A DNA stretch of 64,000 nucleotides from Nitrospirota bacterium (GCA_963733375.1 CAVTDB010000001.1:1-64000); one strand, 5' to 3'; positions 32,727 through 45,297 are shown, numbered from the stretch's first letter. Numbers and translations are program-made. Notes: a model not told the origin generated them from the sequence alone.

Positions 32727-33707
32727 CTATTGGTTTTTACTCACCAGGCGGCACCACTCCTGGTTATCCGTATACCATTTGATGGTGTCCCTGATGCCGT
32801 CTTCGAAAGAGACCTCCGGCTTCCAGCCGATTTCGCGCTGGATTTTGGAAGAATCAATCGCGTACCGCCGGTCGTGGCCCAGGCGGTCCGTAACATAGTT
32901 TATCAGGCTATCGGGTTTGCCAAGCTCCTTAAGTATAAGCCCCGTTATCTCTATATTCTTTCTCTCGTTGTTCCCGCCGATGTTGTAGACCTCTCCGGGC
33001 GCGCCCTTTCGCATCACCATGTCCACCGCTTTGCAGTGGTCGGAGACGTGCAGCCAGTCCCGCACGTTCTGGCCGTCGCCATATAGCGGGACCGGCTTGT
33101 CCTTCAGGGCGTTGTTTATAAAGAGCGGTATCAGCTTTTCCGGGAACTGGTAGGGGCCGTAATTGTTTGAGCAGCGGGTGACGGCGACGGGCAGGCCGAA
33201 CGTGTGATGGTAGGCCAGCGCCAGCATGTCCGCTCCAGCCTTGCTCGCAGAATAAGGGCTGTTCGGGGAAAGCGGCGTGGTCTCCGTAAAATATCCTTCC
33301 GGCCCCAAAGAGCCGTAAACCTCGTCCGTGGATATCTGTACAAAGAATTCGAGTTTTAATTTCACGGCCCGGTCGAGGAGCACCTGAGTGCCGACTACGT
33401 TCGTCATCACGAAAACCGACGGGTCCTCGATGCTCCTGTCCACGTGAGACTCCGCGGCGAAATGGACCACCGCGTCCGCTTTATCCATCGCCTCCGCGAC
33501 GGCATGGGGGTCGCAAACGCTGCCTTTTATAAACTTGTAGCGCGGGTTTTTTTCCACGTCCCGCAGGTTCTCCAGGGTACCCGCGTAGGTAAGGGCATCG
33601 AGGTTTACGACTTCCGCCTCCGGATAGTTATTTATTACGTACCGGACAAAGTTGGAGCCGATGAACCCGCACCCTCCCGTTACCATTATTTTCCTGGGGG
33701 TCCGCAT
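32727..33707 (-). CDS. rfbB: dTDP-glucose 4,6-dehydratase
   Basis: HFAAESHVDRSI, STDEVYG, SPYSASKA, DRLGHDRRY. Confidence 0.95.
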   Translation of the reverse strand: MRTPRKIMVTGGCGFIGSNFVRYVINNYPEAEVVNLDALTYAGTLENLRDVEKNPRYKFIKGSVCDPHAVAEAMDKADAVVHFAAESHVDRSIEDPSVFVMTNVVGTQVLLDRAVKLKLEFFVQISTDEVYGSLGPEGYFTETTPLSPNSPYSASKAGADMLALAYHHTFGLPVAVTRCSNNYGPYQFPEKLIPLFINNALKDKPVPLYGDGQNVRDWLHVSDHCKAVDMVMRKGAPGEVYNIGGNNERKNIEITGLILKELGKPDSLINYVTDRLGHDRRYAIDSSKIQREIGWKPEVSFEDGIRDTIKWYTDNQEWCRLVSKNQ

Positions 33708-34163
33708 TTATCCGTCCTTCCTCGCCCAGTCGTATGGAATGTCGCTCTCGTGGGCAGGTTTGCGGAACTCATCCGGGCTGGCGGCGTTGTAAGGCTCGGT
33801 GGAGCAGTTCATTACCATCGCCTCGGTATCGCTTATGCACTTGAACCCGTGCCAGACAAAAGGCGGGATCTGAAGCAATATCTCGTTGTGCTCGCCCATA
33901 AAGAATTCGTTGACCTCGCCCATCGTCGGCGAGCCCTCCCGGTCGTCGTACAGCACTACTTTCATCATCCCTTTTATGCAGCAGAAGTTGTCCGTCTGCT
34001 TCTTATGGTAATGCCATGCCTTTGTGACGCCGGGATACGCGGTGGTTACGTACACCTGGCCGAACTTGATGAATTCCGGGTCATCCGCGCGCATGACCTC
34101 CATAAGCCGCCCTCGCTCGTCGGGGATAGCCCGAAGCTTTTTCACCTTTGCGCCGTCGATCAT
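33708..34163 (-). CDS. rfbC: dTDP-4-dehydrorhamnose 3,5-epimerase family
   Basis: DERG, KAWHYH cupin motif, VWHGF; rfb context. Confidence 0.85.
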   Translation of the reverse strand: MIDGAKVKKLRAIPDERGRLMEVMRADDPEFIKFGQVYVTTAYPGVTKAWHYHKKQTDNFCCIKGMMKVVLYDDREGSPTMGEVNEFFMGEHNEILLQIPPFVWHGFKCISDTEAMVMNCSTEPYNAASPDEFRKPAHESDIPYDWARKDG

Positions 34164-34177
34164 TTACTGATTCTCCT

Positions 34178-35242
34178 CTATAGTAATCCGACTTTGGAAT
34201 TATCTCCCAGCATGAACCTGTATGCCGTGGGCTTCAGCGGCGACTTGCCCACCTCGACGTTCCTGCCCACCAGGCTGTCCTCAATCCGCCTGTCCACTTC
34301 CTTGATTATGCTCCCCTCAAGGACGATGCTGTGCTCTATCTCGGACGACAGCACCTGCACGTTCTTGTCTATAGAAGTGAAGGGGCCGATGAAAGAGTTT
34401 ATGATTCGCGCGCCCTTGCCGATGATCGCCGGGCCGCGGACGACGCTGTTGATTACCTCCGCCCCGCTTTCCACCACTACCTTAAATTCTACCTTCGAAG
34501 AGGTGTCCACATGCCCGTCCAGACGGGTCGTCAGGTTGTCGAGCACCATCCGGTTCGCCTCCAGCATGTCCTCAAGTTTTCCGGTGTCTTTCCACCAGCC
34601 GTTGACCATGTGCGGGTGCACGGCGTACCCCTGGTCGATGAGGTACTGGATCGCGTCGGTTATTTCCAGTTCCCCGCGTGCCGAAGGTTTTATGCTCTTT
34701 GCGGCTTTAAGGATATTACTGTCGAACATATATACCCCAACCAGCGCGAGGTCGCTTTTAGGCTCCTGGGGCTTCTCCACCAGCCGGACTACCTTCCCCT
34801 CTTCTAATTCCGCGACGCCAAACTGGTTCGGGTTTAATACCTTGGCCAGGAGTATCTGCGCGTTCGGCTTGTCCCGCATGAACTCCCCGACAAGCTCTTT
34901 GATGCCGCCCAGAACGAGGTTGTCTCCGAGGTACATTACAAACGGGTCGTCTTTTAAAAATTCCTCCGCGACCAGCACCGCATGGGCGAGGCCCAGCGGC
35001 TCCGGCTGCTCGATATAAGTGACCTTGACGCCGAAATCGGAGCCGTTCCCTACCGCCGCTTTTATCTCTTCCTTTGTATCCCCGACGACAATGCCGATGT
35101 CGGTGATGCCTGCGTCCCTTATGGACTCAATACCGTAGAACAGCACGGGCTTGTTCCCCACCGGCACGAGCTGTTTCGCGCTGGTATAGGTTATCGGTCG
35201 AAGCCTCGTGCCCTTGCCGCCGGAAAGTATCAGCCCCTTCAT
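34178..35242 (-). CDS. rfbA: Glucose-1-phosphate thymidylyltransferase (long form)
   Basis: GLILSGGKGTRLRP, YLGDN, SARGELEITDA, WKDTG. Confidence 0.92.
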   Translation of the reverse strand: MKGLILSGGKGTRLRPITYTSAKQLVPVGNKPVLFYGIESIRDAGITDIGIVVGDTKEEIKAAVGNGSDFGVKVTYIEQPEPLGLAHAVLVAEEFLKDDPFVMYLGDNLVLGGIKELVGEFMRDKPNAQILLAKVLNPNQFGVAELEEGKVVRLVEKPQEPKSDLALVGVYMFDSNILKAAKSIKPSARGELEITDAIQYLIDQGYAVHPHMVNGWWKDTGKLEDMLEANRMVLDNLTTRLDGHVDTSSKVEFKVVVESGAEVINSVVRGPAIIGKGARIINSFIGPFTSIDKNVQVLSSEIEHSIVLEGSIIKEVDRRIEDSLVGRNVEVGKSPLKPTAYRFMLGDNSKVGLL

Positions 35243-35256
35243 AAGCATCCTCCGTC

Positions 35257-37523
35257 TTAGAACTTGACGTTCCCCATGCCCTTGAGGTTCAGCATTACCA
35301 TATATTGTTTTCTGCTTGGACCGTTGAAGTAGTCGAAGCTCACTCCCCAGCACTGCGAGCTGTAAGTCGCCGTCCCGTCCGTCTCGCGGAAATTGCCGGT
35401 GTGCCAGTCGTACCACAGTTTTGCTGTAATATCCCAATGACTGCCTATTTTGACGCCGCCTTCAACAGTCAGAAAATCTACGGTGCTCTCTTCCTGCGCT
35501 TTATTAATATTAAAATTGTTGAAAAAGTCCGTGCTGGGCGTGAAGAAATCAAAACGCGAAGGGGACATGAAAGTCTGTTCCGCGTCAAGCGAGTATCTCT
35601 GACCGATGCCGACATGCCAGAGCTTGTCCTTGGAGTCGTACCGGAGGTCGGTGTCCACGGAGCGCAGGCTCCCCTGGTAGAAGTCGTAGCGGAAGTCGTT
35701 ATTCAACGTAAGGCGCAGGCTGGAGCTGTAGCTGATTTCACTGTAGAGGCTGGAAAAGGTGCGCCTCTTCGTGCCTATGAACGTATCGCCGAAGAAGTCG
35801 TAGAACTGGCTGAGTTTGACGGTCAGGTAATCCACCCTCGGCTCTTTAGCTGCCATCTCTGTACTTCAAGACGAACCGGTTAGCGAGGGAGTAGGTTATC
35901 ATGCTCCGTCTGGGGGGCAGCACGTTTATAATACGTGAGCCTGCGGGCAGGACCTCTTCGCTGTCGAGCGTGTCCACGTCGTCGAAATCGGGTAAATTTT
36001 TACCTCCCCGACTTGTGACATAATTGTAGGCGAAGGTTGGGACCAGGGTATGCCGCACGCCTTCCAGGGGGCCGCCGCTGAAAAGGAACAGCCTGTTCAA
36101 ATCCGTCTGGAGCTTTATCCCCGCTCCAAACATCCCGCGCTCAGTGTCGTTTTTATCGATTAAAACGTCATTTTTGCCCGTTGCGGGATCAAACTTTGTG
36201 GCTGGATTATTATCGTCCAGATTGTACGCCGTTTCGCGGTACCCGACCTTCGGCTCAAAATTTATTCCTGCCAGATTGAAGTCGTACGAGAGGCTGGGGA
36301 ACGCGTCGAACCGCGCGCCGGAGACGCCCTTTAATTTATAAAAATTCGTGGCGGAGGAGTCTAAACTGAAATAGAACGGCTGGCCCAGCAACTGTTTTTT
36401 GACCACGTTGAAACCGGCCTCCGGGAGGCGCTGCACTACAGCTTCATTGTTCTGGGTAGGGTCCAGCGTCCTCGGTATATTGGCCGAACAGATACGCCCT
36501 GCCCCAGTCCCAGCGGTCGGTGAGCCAGACATTTGAGTCCAGGGCCCTCTGTGTCCTCTCGAGCGTGGCATCGGTCAGGTCCCGGAAGAAATTCTTGTCG
36601 CTCACGCGTATATCGGCCCGGCCGGAAATGTCCGGAGCAAATACCTCCTGATACTTTAAGGACAGGTTGTACCTGTCGGCATCGATCAAACGGTCACTCA
36701 TATAGTAGCCATACAGGCTCAGCTTGGTGTCCTTGTTTTGCGCATAGCGGATCTCGTCGGCGACGCCAAGGCCCCGAAGTGCCCTGTAATCGAGGGTCAG
36801 GGTGCTGTCGAAATTATCGACCGGCGCCCAATAATAGCTTTCGATAAGCCTGACGCCGTCCTTCGTGTTATATCCGCCTGACGGGATCATAAAACCGCTC
36901 GTCCGGGGCTTCAGCATGGGGAGCCAGACATACGGCATATACAGAACGGGAATGCCTTTAATGTAAAAAACGGCCCCCTTGGCGTAAACGTCCCTGTCCA
37001 TCCGGACATCCAGGGATTTCGCCCTCATGTACCAGAAAGGATTTTCGGCGTCGCAGGTGGTAAATCCCCCGCCGGTGATTATATATTCCTGGTCTCCGAC
37101 CTTCTCCAGTGGGTTTCCTTTGATGCGGTAGTTGCCATTCTTGACGAATATATTGCCCTGCTCGATGACGCCCAGCTTCGTATTGAAATTTACTTTTATG
37201 ACTTCCGCGAAAACGACGTTGTCAGGCGAAACGAGTCTCGCTTTGCCCATGGCCTCGGCGTCTCCGGTTTCCTCATTAAGAGTCGCCTTCAGGGAGGTCA
37301 GCGTATAGTCTTTCTGGGAAATTTTAACGTTGCCGTCGGCAAAGTAGGTATTGGTCTTCCGGTCGTAGCGGAGGCTGTCCGCCTGGATCGTCACGGGCTC
37401 TTTTGAGTCGGCTATGGATTTCATCCTGCCGCCAATTTTATCCTCATCCGCGGCGGCGGGCGGAACAAAATAAATAGACGAAAGGACTACCATCGCCATG
37501 AGGACGCCGAAGAGACTTTTCAT
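35257..37523 (-). CDS. lptD: LPS-assembly protein LptD (frameshifts)
   Basis: OstA-like N-terminus, FTTCD, RTSGFMIP, YYWA, beta-barrel, Y.SQCW near the C-terminus. Confidence 0.85.
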
Positions 37524-38844
37524 GCCTTCAGGAACTGCTCCCTTTTTGATAGCCAGGCCTTCGCCTCACCGACCACATACAATGAGCCGGTTATCAGCAC
37601 CATATCGTCCGGTCCTGCCTCCGAGAGCGCCTTCTTAAGCGCCCCCGGCACGTCCGGGCAGACCTCGACTTCCCTTCCGCCGCCGATTTTTTCCGCAAGC
37701 TCCGAGGCAGGCACTGCCCGCCCATAGTCCGCCTGCGTAATTATTATCTTATCCGCGGGAGCCATAAGGAAATCCGCCATCTCGCGGAAATCCTTATCCG
37801 CCAGAATCCCCATGACAAGGATTAATTTTTTATACCGGCCGGAGTAATATTTTCGTATTGCCCCGGCAAGCCTTCCCGCCGAATCCGTATTATGCGCCCC
37901 GTCAAGCACTACCAGAGGGATGTTGCGATACCGTCTCCAGCCTGCCTTCCCATTTGACTTCCGCAAAACCTTTCCTTAGCGCTTCCTCCGGGACGGTCAT
38001 GCCGTTTTGGGATATCACGGATAGCGCGCAAGCGGCGGCCGCCGCATTTTCAAGCTGGTGCTCGCCGGCAAGGGGCAAGGTCAGTCCTTTTATCTCGCCG
38101 CCCGGCCCCCACCAGTCAAAACCCTGGATAACCGCGCCATCCTTCCAGTGATAGTCCAGGAAGCGGTAGCCGTAGTCTTTGTCTATTATGAAAACCGGCG
38201 CCTCTTTTTCACGGCAGACGCCTTTTAAATAATCGATGACCTCCGGCTTTCTCTCCGCCGTCACAAGCGGCACGCCCGCCTTTATAATCCCCGCCTTCTC
38301 GCGCGCTATCTCGTCGATAGTATCTCCAAGATATTCCCGGTGCTCCATCTCCACGTTAGTTATCACGGCGCATTCCGGGACCACTACATTAGTCGAATCA
38401 AGCCGTCCGCCCATCCCGACTTCCAGGACGACCGCCTCCGCCCCCGCATCCCTGAAATAGTCAAATGCCATTGCGGTGGTGAACTCGAAAAATGTGGGCT
38501 TCATCTCCGGCGCATGGTTTTCCAAAAGCCTCCGGAGCCTGTCCGCGAGCGCAACAACTTCTTCCCTGGATATTTCATCCCCGTCCAAGCCTCATCCTTT
38601 CGGTGAAGCTGACAAGATGGGGAGAGGTATATAAGCCGGTCCGGTATCCCGCTTCTTTCAGCGCGGATGCGCACAGCGCGGATACGGAGCCTTTGCCGTT
38701 GGTCCCGGTCACGTGCAGGAATTTCCTGCCGCTTTCAGGGTGTCCCAGGATTTCAAGGAGCCGGCGCGTGTTCTCCAGGCCCAGCTTCGTCCCGAACTTC
38801 TGAAGGCCGAAGAGGAAATCGACCGTCTGGTTGAAATCCATCAC
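37520..38844 (-). CDS. folC: Folylpolyglutamate synthase/dihydrofolate synthase (frameshifts)
   Basis: HVTGTNGKGS, YTSPHL, EVGMGGRLDSTN, EKAGI, LDGAHN. Confidence 0.93.
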
Positions 38845-39695
38845 TTCCCGTTCCCGCGGAAGAAGGCCAGGATCTTCACCAGCGTTTCCTTCAGGTTTTT
38901 CCTGTCCACGATCATATCCACCTGACCGTGCTCCAACTGGAACTCCGCGCGCTGGAAACCTTCCGGGAGCTGCTTCTTTATCGTCTGCTCGATTACCCTC
39001 GGACCCGCGAAACCAATCAGCGACTTCGGTTCCGCGATTATAATATCGCCGAGACTTGAAAAGCTCGCGGACACGCCGCCGAAGGTCGGGTCCGTAAGGA
39101 CGGATATAAAGGGTATCCCCTTTTCCCCCAGCTTCGCAACCGCCGCCGAAGTCTTCGCCATCTGCATAAGCGAGACCAGCCCCTCCTGCATCCTGGCTCC
39201 GCCGGACGACGAAAAGGTAATCAACGGAATGCCCTTCTCCAGGGAATTCTCCGCCGCAAGGCAGACTTTCTCTCCGACGACGGAACCCATGCTCCCGCCC
39301 ATGAACCCGAAGTCCAGGACCGCGACGGTAACAGGATAACCGCCTACTGTCGCCTCGCCCGAAATTATGGCGTCTTTGAGTCCGGTCGCGCCCTGCGACG
39401 CCTTCAGCTTGTCCTTGTACCGGACAGTATCCTTAAACTCCAGGAAGTCTTTCGGCGAAATGTCCGAAAATATCTCGGTGAAACTGCCTTCGTCTACGAG
39501 CAGGTCCAGGCGCTCTTTCGCGGTTATCCTGAAATGATAATCGCATTTCGGGCAGACCTTGAGGTTCCTGTCGATCTCTTTCTTATAGACAATTTCTTTG
39601 CAATTGTCGCATTTTACCCACAGGCCCTCCGGGATCTTCACCTTCTTCTCCGGCTGCTGGGCCTTGGGGGCTTTAACTTTTTTAAACCAGGCCAC
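38841..39695 (-). CDS. accD: Acetyl-CoA carboxylase carboxyltransferase beta subunit
   Basis: GLWVKCDNC..CPKC zinc finger, GGSMGSVVGEK, SGGARMQEG. Confidence 0.96.
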   Translation of the reverse strand: MAWFKKVKAPKAQQPEKKVKIPEGLWVKCDNCKEIVYKKEIDRNLKVCPKCDYHFRITAKERLDLLVDEGSFTEIFSDISPKDFLEFKDTVRYKDKLKASQGATGLKDAIISGEATVGGYPVTVAVLDFGFMGGSMGSVVGEKVCLAAENSLEKGIPLITFSSSGGARMQEGLVSLMQMAKTSAAVAKLGEKGIPFISVLTDPTFGGVSASFSSLGDIIIAEPKSLIGFAGPRVIEQTIKKQLPEGFQRAEFQLEHGQVDMIVDRKNLKETLVKILAFFRGNGK

Positions 39696-39700
39696 TTGAC

Positions 39701-40525
39701 TTAAGCCCCTTCCAGAAGATCTCCGTACGTCTCGGGGCGCCTGTCGCCAAGGAAATTACAAAGTTCCCGAGCCTCCCCTACCTCGTCCGTGTCTACTTCC
39801 GCCATGACTACCGCGTCACCCTTCCCCGTCGGCTCTATGGCAAGCTCCCCAAAGGGGTTTGCCAGGAAGCTCTTGCCGTAGAAACGCTGGCGTTCCGCGC
39901 CGCCGACACGGTTCACACGGAACACGTATATCCCGTTCGCTATCGCGGCTGAAGTTATCATCTTCTCCCATTTGGAGGCGGAGGCGAAAGCCGCCGCCGT
40001 CGGGGCCACGACAACCTGGGCCCCTTTGAGCGCGAGCGCCCGGAAGCCCTCCGGGAAAAAAACGTCCCAGCAAAGCTGGACGCCGATTTTCCCGCACTTT
40101 GTATCGAAGACCGGAAACCCCGTGTCGCCAGGGGAAAAATAAAATTTCTCGCGCCAGAGCGGTATGTCCGGCACGTGCGCCTTCCTGTATTTCCCGGCGA
40201 CGCTCCCGTCGGCGTCGATTACGAAAGCGGTATTAAAAAATTTTCCGTCGGGCGATTTTTCAAAAATGGGACAGACAAGGACCGCTCCGCCTTCCCGCGC
40301 AAGTTCCTTCATCTTCGATATCGCCGGGCCGTCCTCTGCCTCCGCAAACGAAAAGGCATTCTCGTCCGCCTCGGCAGGGAACCACGGCAGGTGGAAGAGC
40401 TGCTGGAAGACTATCAGCTTCGCCCCGTTCTCCAGGGCGTAGTGGGCCATCTCCACCGCCTTTTTCATGTTCTTCCCGGTATTATCCGAGCAGGACATCT
40501 GTATACCCGCAATTTTAAATCTCAT
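39701..40525 (-). CDS. Carbon-nitrogen hydrolase (nitrilase superfamily)
   Basis: FFNTA, YRKAHVP, EKFYFSPG, QLCWD; expected catalytic Glu reads Gln (FQQLF). Confidence 0.85.
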   Translation of the reverse strand: MRFKIAGIQMSCSDNTGKNMKKAVEMAHYALENGAKLIVFQQLFHLPWFPAEADENAFSFAEAEDGPAISKMKELAREGGAVLVCPIFEKSPDGKFFNTAFVIDADGSVAGKYRKAHVPDIPLWREKFYFSPGDTGFPVFDTKCGKIGVQLCWDVFFPEGFRALALKGAQVVVAPTAAAFASASKWEKMITSAAIANGIYVFRVNRVGGAERQRFYGKSFLANPFGELAIEPTGKGDAVVMAEVDTDEVGEARELCNFLGDRRPETYGDLLEGA

Positions 40526-43165
40526 TTATGCTCCGTGGCACTTTTTGTATTTTTTCCCCGAGCCGCACGGGCAGGGGTCGTTACGGCCAACTTTATTTTC
40601 CGACTTAACCGGCGTTTTCGGCTCGTCGCCCTCGCCCCGGTTCATCACGATCTTCTGGGGACGCCGCCTTGTCTCGTGCGTCATGGCATCCTGCTGCACT
40701 ACCTGGACCTTCGAAAGCCGCTCCAGGGTATCCATCTTTATGCGGTCCACCATCTCCATGAACATCTCGAACCCCTCTTTCTTGTACTCCACCAGAGGGT
40801 CCTTCTGTCCATAGCCCCGAAGGCCTATGCCTTCTTTCAGGTGGTCCATATTGAGAAGGTGTTCTTTCCAGAGCGTGTCTATCATATCAAGGATGACGCG
40901 TTTCTCAAGCCACCTGAGGAACTCGGTCCCGACCTGCTGCTCCTTCTTCTCGTACGCCTCCTGGAGCGTGGCGTAGAGCGCATCCTTCAGCTCGGATAGT
41001 TCTCCTATGCCTTTCAGCTTCGCCGAGTCCAGCCGGACGCCGAAATGTTTGTTGACGGCGTCGGCGAGTCCGTCATAATCCCATTCCTCGGAATGCTTTC
41101 CCTGTTCGCAGAAGGGGTCCACAAGAGAGGCGGATACCTCTTCCATCATCTCCAGGACGTCCTGCTTCAGGTTGTCGCTTGCCAGGACCTGCCTGCGCTG
41201 CTCATATATGACGGTCCTCTGCTTGTTCATCACGTCGTCGTATTCGATAAGCTGCTTGCGTATTTCGAAGTTATGGCTCTCGACCTTCTTCTGGGCGTTC
41301 TCTATGGCCTTACTCACCATCCGGGCCTCGATGGGCACGCCTTCTTCCATGCCGAGGCGGCTCATTATGCTGGCGATGCGCTCGGAGTTGAAGATGCGGA
41401 GCAGGTCGTCTTCCAGCGACAGGTAGAAGCGGGAAGAACCCGGGTCTCCCTGGCGGCCGGAACGGCCCCGGAGCTGGTTGTCTATCCGCCTGGACTCGTG
41501 CCTTTCCGTGCCGACTATATGCAGTCCGCCGGCCTCGACCACATTTTTGTGGTCCTCGTCGGTCATGGCTTTCCACCTGTCTATTTCGGTCTGCACGGCT
41601 GAGGGGTCTATCTCGTCCGGGTTCACCCCTTTGCTCATAAGCTCATGCTTTGCCAGCATGTTGGGATTTCCGCCAAGGAGGATGTCGGTGCCTCTGCCGG
41701 CCATGTTCGTTGCGATTGTCACCTGGCCCGAGCGTCCGGCCTGGGAAACGATCTCCGCTTCCCTTTCATGGTTCTTTGCGTTTAAGACGTTATGCTTTAT
41801 CCCCTTCTTCTTCAGGAGGGAGGAGATGTGTTCGGATTTTTCAATGGAGATAGTGCCCACCAAGACGGGCTGATTGCGCTTGTTGCAGTCGATGACGTCT
41901 TCCACGACGGCATTATATTTCTCGCCTATCGTCTTGTATATCTGGTCGGGATAATCCACCCTTACCATCGACTGGTTGGTGGGGATGACCATCACGTCCA
42001 GGTTGTATATATTCGCGAACTCGCCGGCTTCCGTATCGGCGGTGCCGGTCATGCCGGCGAGCTTATTGTACATCCTGAAGTAGTTCTGAAACGTGATCGT
42101 CGCGAGGGTCTGGTTTTCAGCCTCGATTTTGACGCCTTCCTTTGCCTCGACCGCCTGGTGAAGCCCGTCGCTCCAGCGTCTGCCGGGCATGAGCCTCCCG
42201 GTAAAGTCGTCCACGATGATGACCTCGCCGTCCTTCACTACATAGTCCACGTCCCTTTTATACATGGCGTGGGCGCGAAGCGCCTGGACTACATGGTGGA
42301 CGAGTTCGATATTTACCGGGTCGTAGAGGTTCTGCACCCCCAGCATCCTCTCCACCTTCTCGTTTCCGGAATCGGAGAGCGCGGCGGTCTTGGACTTCTC
42401 TTCGATCGTATAGTCTTCTTCTTTAGTCAGGCGCGGGATTATTTCGTTGATGCGGTAGTAGAGGTCGGTGGATTCCTCGGACGGTCCGGAAATGATAAGA
42501 GGCGTCCTGGCCTCGTCTATAAGTATGCTGTCCACCTCGTCGACGATGGAATAGTTCAGTTCCCTCTGGACGTAGTCCTTGAGGTCGAACTTCATGTTGT
42601 CCCGGAGGTAGTCGAAACCGAACTCGTTGTTCGTGCCGTAGGTGACGTCGCTGCCGTAAGCTTCCTGGCGCTGGCGGTCGTCCAGTTCATGGGTGATAAC
42701 GCCCACGGTAAGTCCAAGGAAGCGGTATATCTCCCCCATCCACTGCGAGTCGCGCTTCGCCAGGTAATCGTTCACTGTAATGACATGCACGCCCCGGCCT
42801 TCCAGCGCGTTCAGATATACCGGGAGCGTCTCCGCCAGCGTCTTTCCTTCGCCGGTCTTCATCTCGGCAATCTTGCCTTCGTGCAGGACTATGCCGCCGA
42901 TTATCTGGACGTCGAAATGCCGCATCCCCAGCGTCCGCTTCGACGCTTCACGCACCACGGCGAACGCTTCCGGCAGGAGGTCGTCCAGCGCTTCTCCGGC
43001 GGAGAGGCGTTTTTTAAACTCGTCCGTCTTCCCCCGAAGCTCCGCGTCCGTGAGCCTGGATATTTCCGCCTCAAGAGAATTTACCCGGTCCACCAGCGGC
43101 TGCATCCTCTTGAGCTCCCGCTGATTTTTCGTGCCTACAATTTTGCTGAATATCGTTGATAACAT
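40526..43165 (-). CDS. secA: Preprotein translocase subunit SecA
   Basis: [57 protein letters not shown]. Confidence 0.98.
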   Translation of the reverse strand: MLSTIFSKIVGTKNQRELKRMQPLVDRVNSLEAEISRLTDAELRGKTDEFKKRLSAGEALDDLLPEAFAVVREASKRTLGMRHFDVQIIGGIVLHEGKIAEMKTGEGKTLAETLPVYLNALEGRGVHVITVNDYLAKRDSQWMGEIYRFLGLTVGVITHELDDRQRQEAYGSDVTYGTNNEFGFDYLRDNMKFDLKDYVQRELNYSIVDEVDSILIDEARTPLIISGPSEESTDLYYRINEIIPRLTKEEDYTIEEKSKTAALSDSGNEKVERMLGVQNLYDPVNIELVHHVVQALRAHAMYKRDVDYVVKDGEVIIVDDFTGRLMPGRRWSDGLHQAVEAKEGVKIEAENQTLATITFQNYFRMYNKLAGMTGTADTEAGEFANIYNLDVMVIPTNQSMVRVDYPDQIYKTIGEKYNAVVEDVIDCNKRNQPVLVGTISIEKSEHISSLLKKKGIKHNVLNAKNHEREAEIVSQAGRSGQVTIATNMAGRGTDILLGGNPNMLAKHELMSKGVNPDEIDPSAVQTEIDRWKAMTDEDHKNVVEAGGLHIVGTERHESRRIDNQLRGRSGRQGDPGSSRFYLSLEDDLLRIFNSERIASIMSRLGMEEGVPIEARMVSKAIENAQKKVESHNFEIRKQLIEYDDVMNKQRTVIYEQRRQVLASDNLKQDVLEMMEEVSASLVDPFCEQGKHSEEWDYDGLADAVNKHFGVRLDSAKLKGIGELSELKDALYATLQEAYEKKEQQVGTEFLRWLEKRVILDMIDTLWKEHLLNMDHLKEGIGLRGYGQKDPLVEYKKEGFEMFMEMVDRIKMDTLERLSKVQVVQQDAMTHETRRRPQKIVMNRGEGDEPKTPVKSENKVGRNDPCPCGSGKKYKKCHGA

Positions 43166-43296
43166 TTCTTTGTTTTTCTCTGATTTTTTTAAGGATTAGC
43201 CCAAAGCGGGCAAGTTCAATCAAATGTGGGATTATACTATAAAAACCGGCAAATCTCCAAAGGTTTATTTACCAATCATCCCCCGCTCCAAATAAC

Positions 43297-43332
43297 AAAA
43301 CCCCGGCTGGTCGCCCGGCCGGGGTTTTCTTC
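43297..43332. terminator. Intrinsic terminator after the cold-shock gene
   Basis: AAAACCCCGGC..GCCGGGGTTTT. Confidence 0.7.
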
Positions 43333-43344
43333 TTTAATTATTGA

Positions 43345-43545
43345 TTATAGCTTTACTACGTTTTTTGCCTGAAGGCCCTTGTCGCCCTGGGTTATCTCGA
43401 ACTCGACGTCCTGCCCCTCGTTAAGCGACTTGAACCCGTCTTCCTGGATCTGGGAGAAATGCACGAAAACATCCTCGCCGTTCTCCTGCTCAATGAAACC
43501 GTAGCCCTTGGAGGCGTTAAACCATTTTACTTTTCCCGTCGCCAT
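43345..43545 (-). CDS. Cold-shock protein
   Basis: [22 protein letters not shown]. Confidence 0.95.
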   Translation of the reverse strand: MATGKVKWFNASKGYGFIEQENGEDVFVHFSQIQEDGFKSLNEGQDVEFEITQGDKGLQAKNVVKL

Positions 43546-43612
43546 GCTTAAGACCCCTTTCAATGATGCCTTGTACAGATTTGGAGAGCCCATCGCTCTC
43601 CCTTACCTCACG

Positions 43613-44612
43613 TTATATATATTTCCTCGGGTTTACCGGGACGCCGTTCACCCATACCTCGTAATGGAGGTGGGGACCCGTGGAATTCCCGGTATTGCCC
43701 AAGGCGCCGATTACATCGCCCTTCCTTACGCGCTGCCCGGCGTGCACGTCCGCCCTTGAAAGGTGGCAGTACATCGTAGCCATACCATAGCCGTGCTGTA
43801 TTTTTATATATCTGCCGTAGCTTGACGAAAGGCCGGCCTCGGAGACCGTGCCGTCGGCGCTCGCATGGACCGGCGTGCCGACGTCGTTCGCTATGTCAAG
43901 CCCGGAGTGGAACTCGGTCGTTCCGTACATGGGAGAGTTGCGGTACCCGAAATCCGATGTTATGAAGCCCTTGACCGGCCAGATGCTTGGGGGTGCAGGC
44001 GATGATGGAATTCCTTTGCTCGAAATATCCCATCAGCTTCTTTATCCTCGCCTCCTCGGAAGAGGCGTCGGATTTGAGGCCCTGAAGTTCCTGGGACATC
44101 TGAGCGGCAACCTCTTCGTGACTCTTCCTGCCGAACTCCTCAAGGCTCACCGCGCCTACCCCGGAGCTTCCGCCCGTCCCTTTGACCCCAAAACTCTTTC
44201 CGGCTGCATTGCCGGCGGCCGAACTTAATTTATCGGAAAGGCCTTTTATCCTTGCCATCTGGGTTTTCATGTCCACTACGCTCGCCGCAATCTGCATGAG
44301 CTGGGCGCGCTGCGAGGAGGCCTCCCGGCGGAGCGAGTTAAGCTCCATCACCTTTCCGGCCATACTGACATACTCCCCGAAAAGCCCGGTGGAGAGCAGG
44401 ATAAGGACAGCCGCGGCAATCAGCGAGTTCCTGAGCAGGGACTTTGATATGCTGAACTTGCGGACCCTGGAGTTCGGCCCGGGCAGGATTACGATTGTGA
44501 AGTACTCTTTTTTCCTGGCGCTTGCGTTCTTCCTGAAAAGCTCGTACTTTTCCCTTAGTCTTTGGAGCAAAAAGATGCCCTCCTTTCGTAAAACTCGCAG
44601 ATTTTCTACCAC
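43613..44612 (-). CDS. M23 family peptidase with TM and coiled coil (frameshift; start approximate)
   Basis: FHSGLD, YCHL, GNTGNSTGPHLHYEV. Confidence 0.88.
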
Positions 44613-44628
44613 AGGGAAGAAGCGGATG

Positions 44629-45277
44629 TCAAGGAATTTCTGTGCGGGTCAAGATGCAGATTTCGCACTCTCCGGCTTTTTTTGCGCAGCGCTCTTTCGC
44701 GAGGCGGACGATGAGCGCGTGGTACTCGTTATACAGCTTCACATCCTTCGGCAGGCAATCCATAAACAGCTTCTGCACCTCGTGATAGTCCGAATCCGGC
44801 GAAAAAAAGCCATGCCGGGAAAAAATTCGTTTTGTGTATGCGTCCACGACGAATACTGGCATGTCCAGGGCGTAGAGCATGATTGAGTCCGCCGTTTCCT
44901 GGCCGATTCCAGGCACGGACAAAAGTTCCTCCCGGAGTTCCGCGGGCTCCCGCCGTTTCATTTTTTTAATGCTTCCCCCGTAGCTCTCCATGAAGTACGA
45001 TATGAAGGATTTTAACCTTTTTGCCTTTATGTTGAAGTAACCTGACGGTTTTATCAGCTCCGCGAGCCTGCCCTCCGGCATGGCGTATATCGTCTCCGGC
45101 GCCAGCGCCCCGGCCCGTTTCAAGTTGCCGATTGCCTTCTCGACATTCGTCCAGTTCGTGTTTTGCGTGAGTATCGCGCCGACCATTACCTCAAAAGGAG
45201 TCTCTCCCGGCCACCAGTGCTGGGGGCCGAAATGTTTCAGCAGAATATTAAAAATATCGATTAATTCCCCCTTTACC
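44629..45277 (-). CDS. Endonuclease III-related HhH-GPD glycosylase domain (no obvious own start codon)
   Basis: GPQHWWP, GAILTQNTNW, GIGQETADSI, VVDAYT, YHALIV, C-terminal CxxxxxxCxxC. Confidence 0.85.
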
Positions 45278-45297
45278 GCCTCTTCCCCGGCCTTCTG

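Noticed and set aside
33444-35018. 524 aa plus-strand ORF
   Set aside because: Antisense to rfbA/rfbC/rfbB; no recognisable domain or RBS.
41792-43159. 455 aa plus-strand ORF
   Set aside because: Antisense shadow of secA caused by codon bias.
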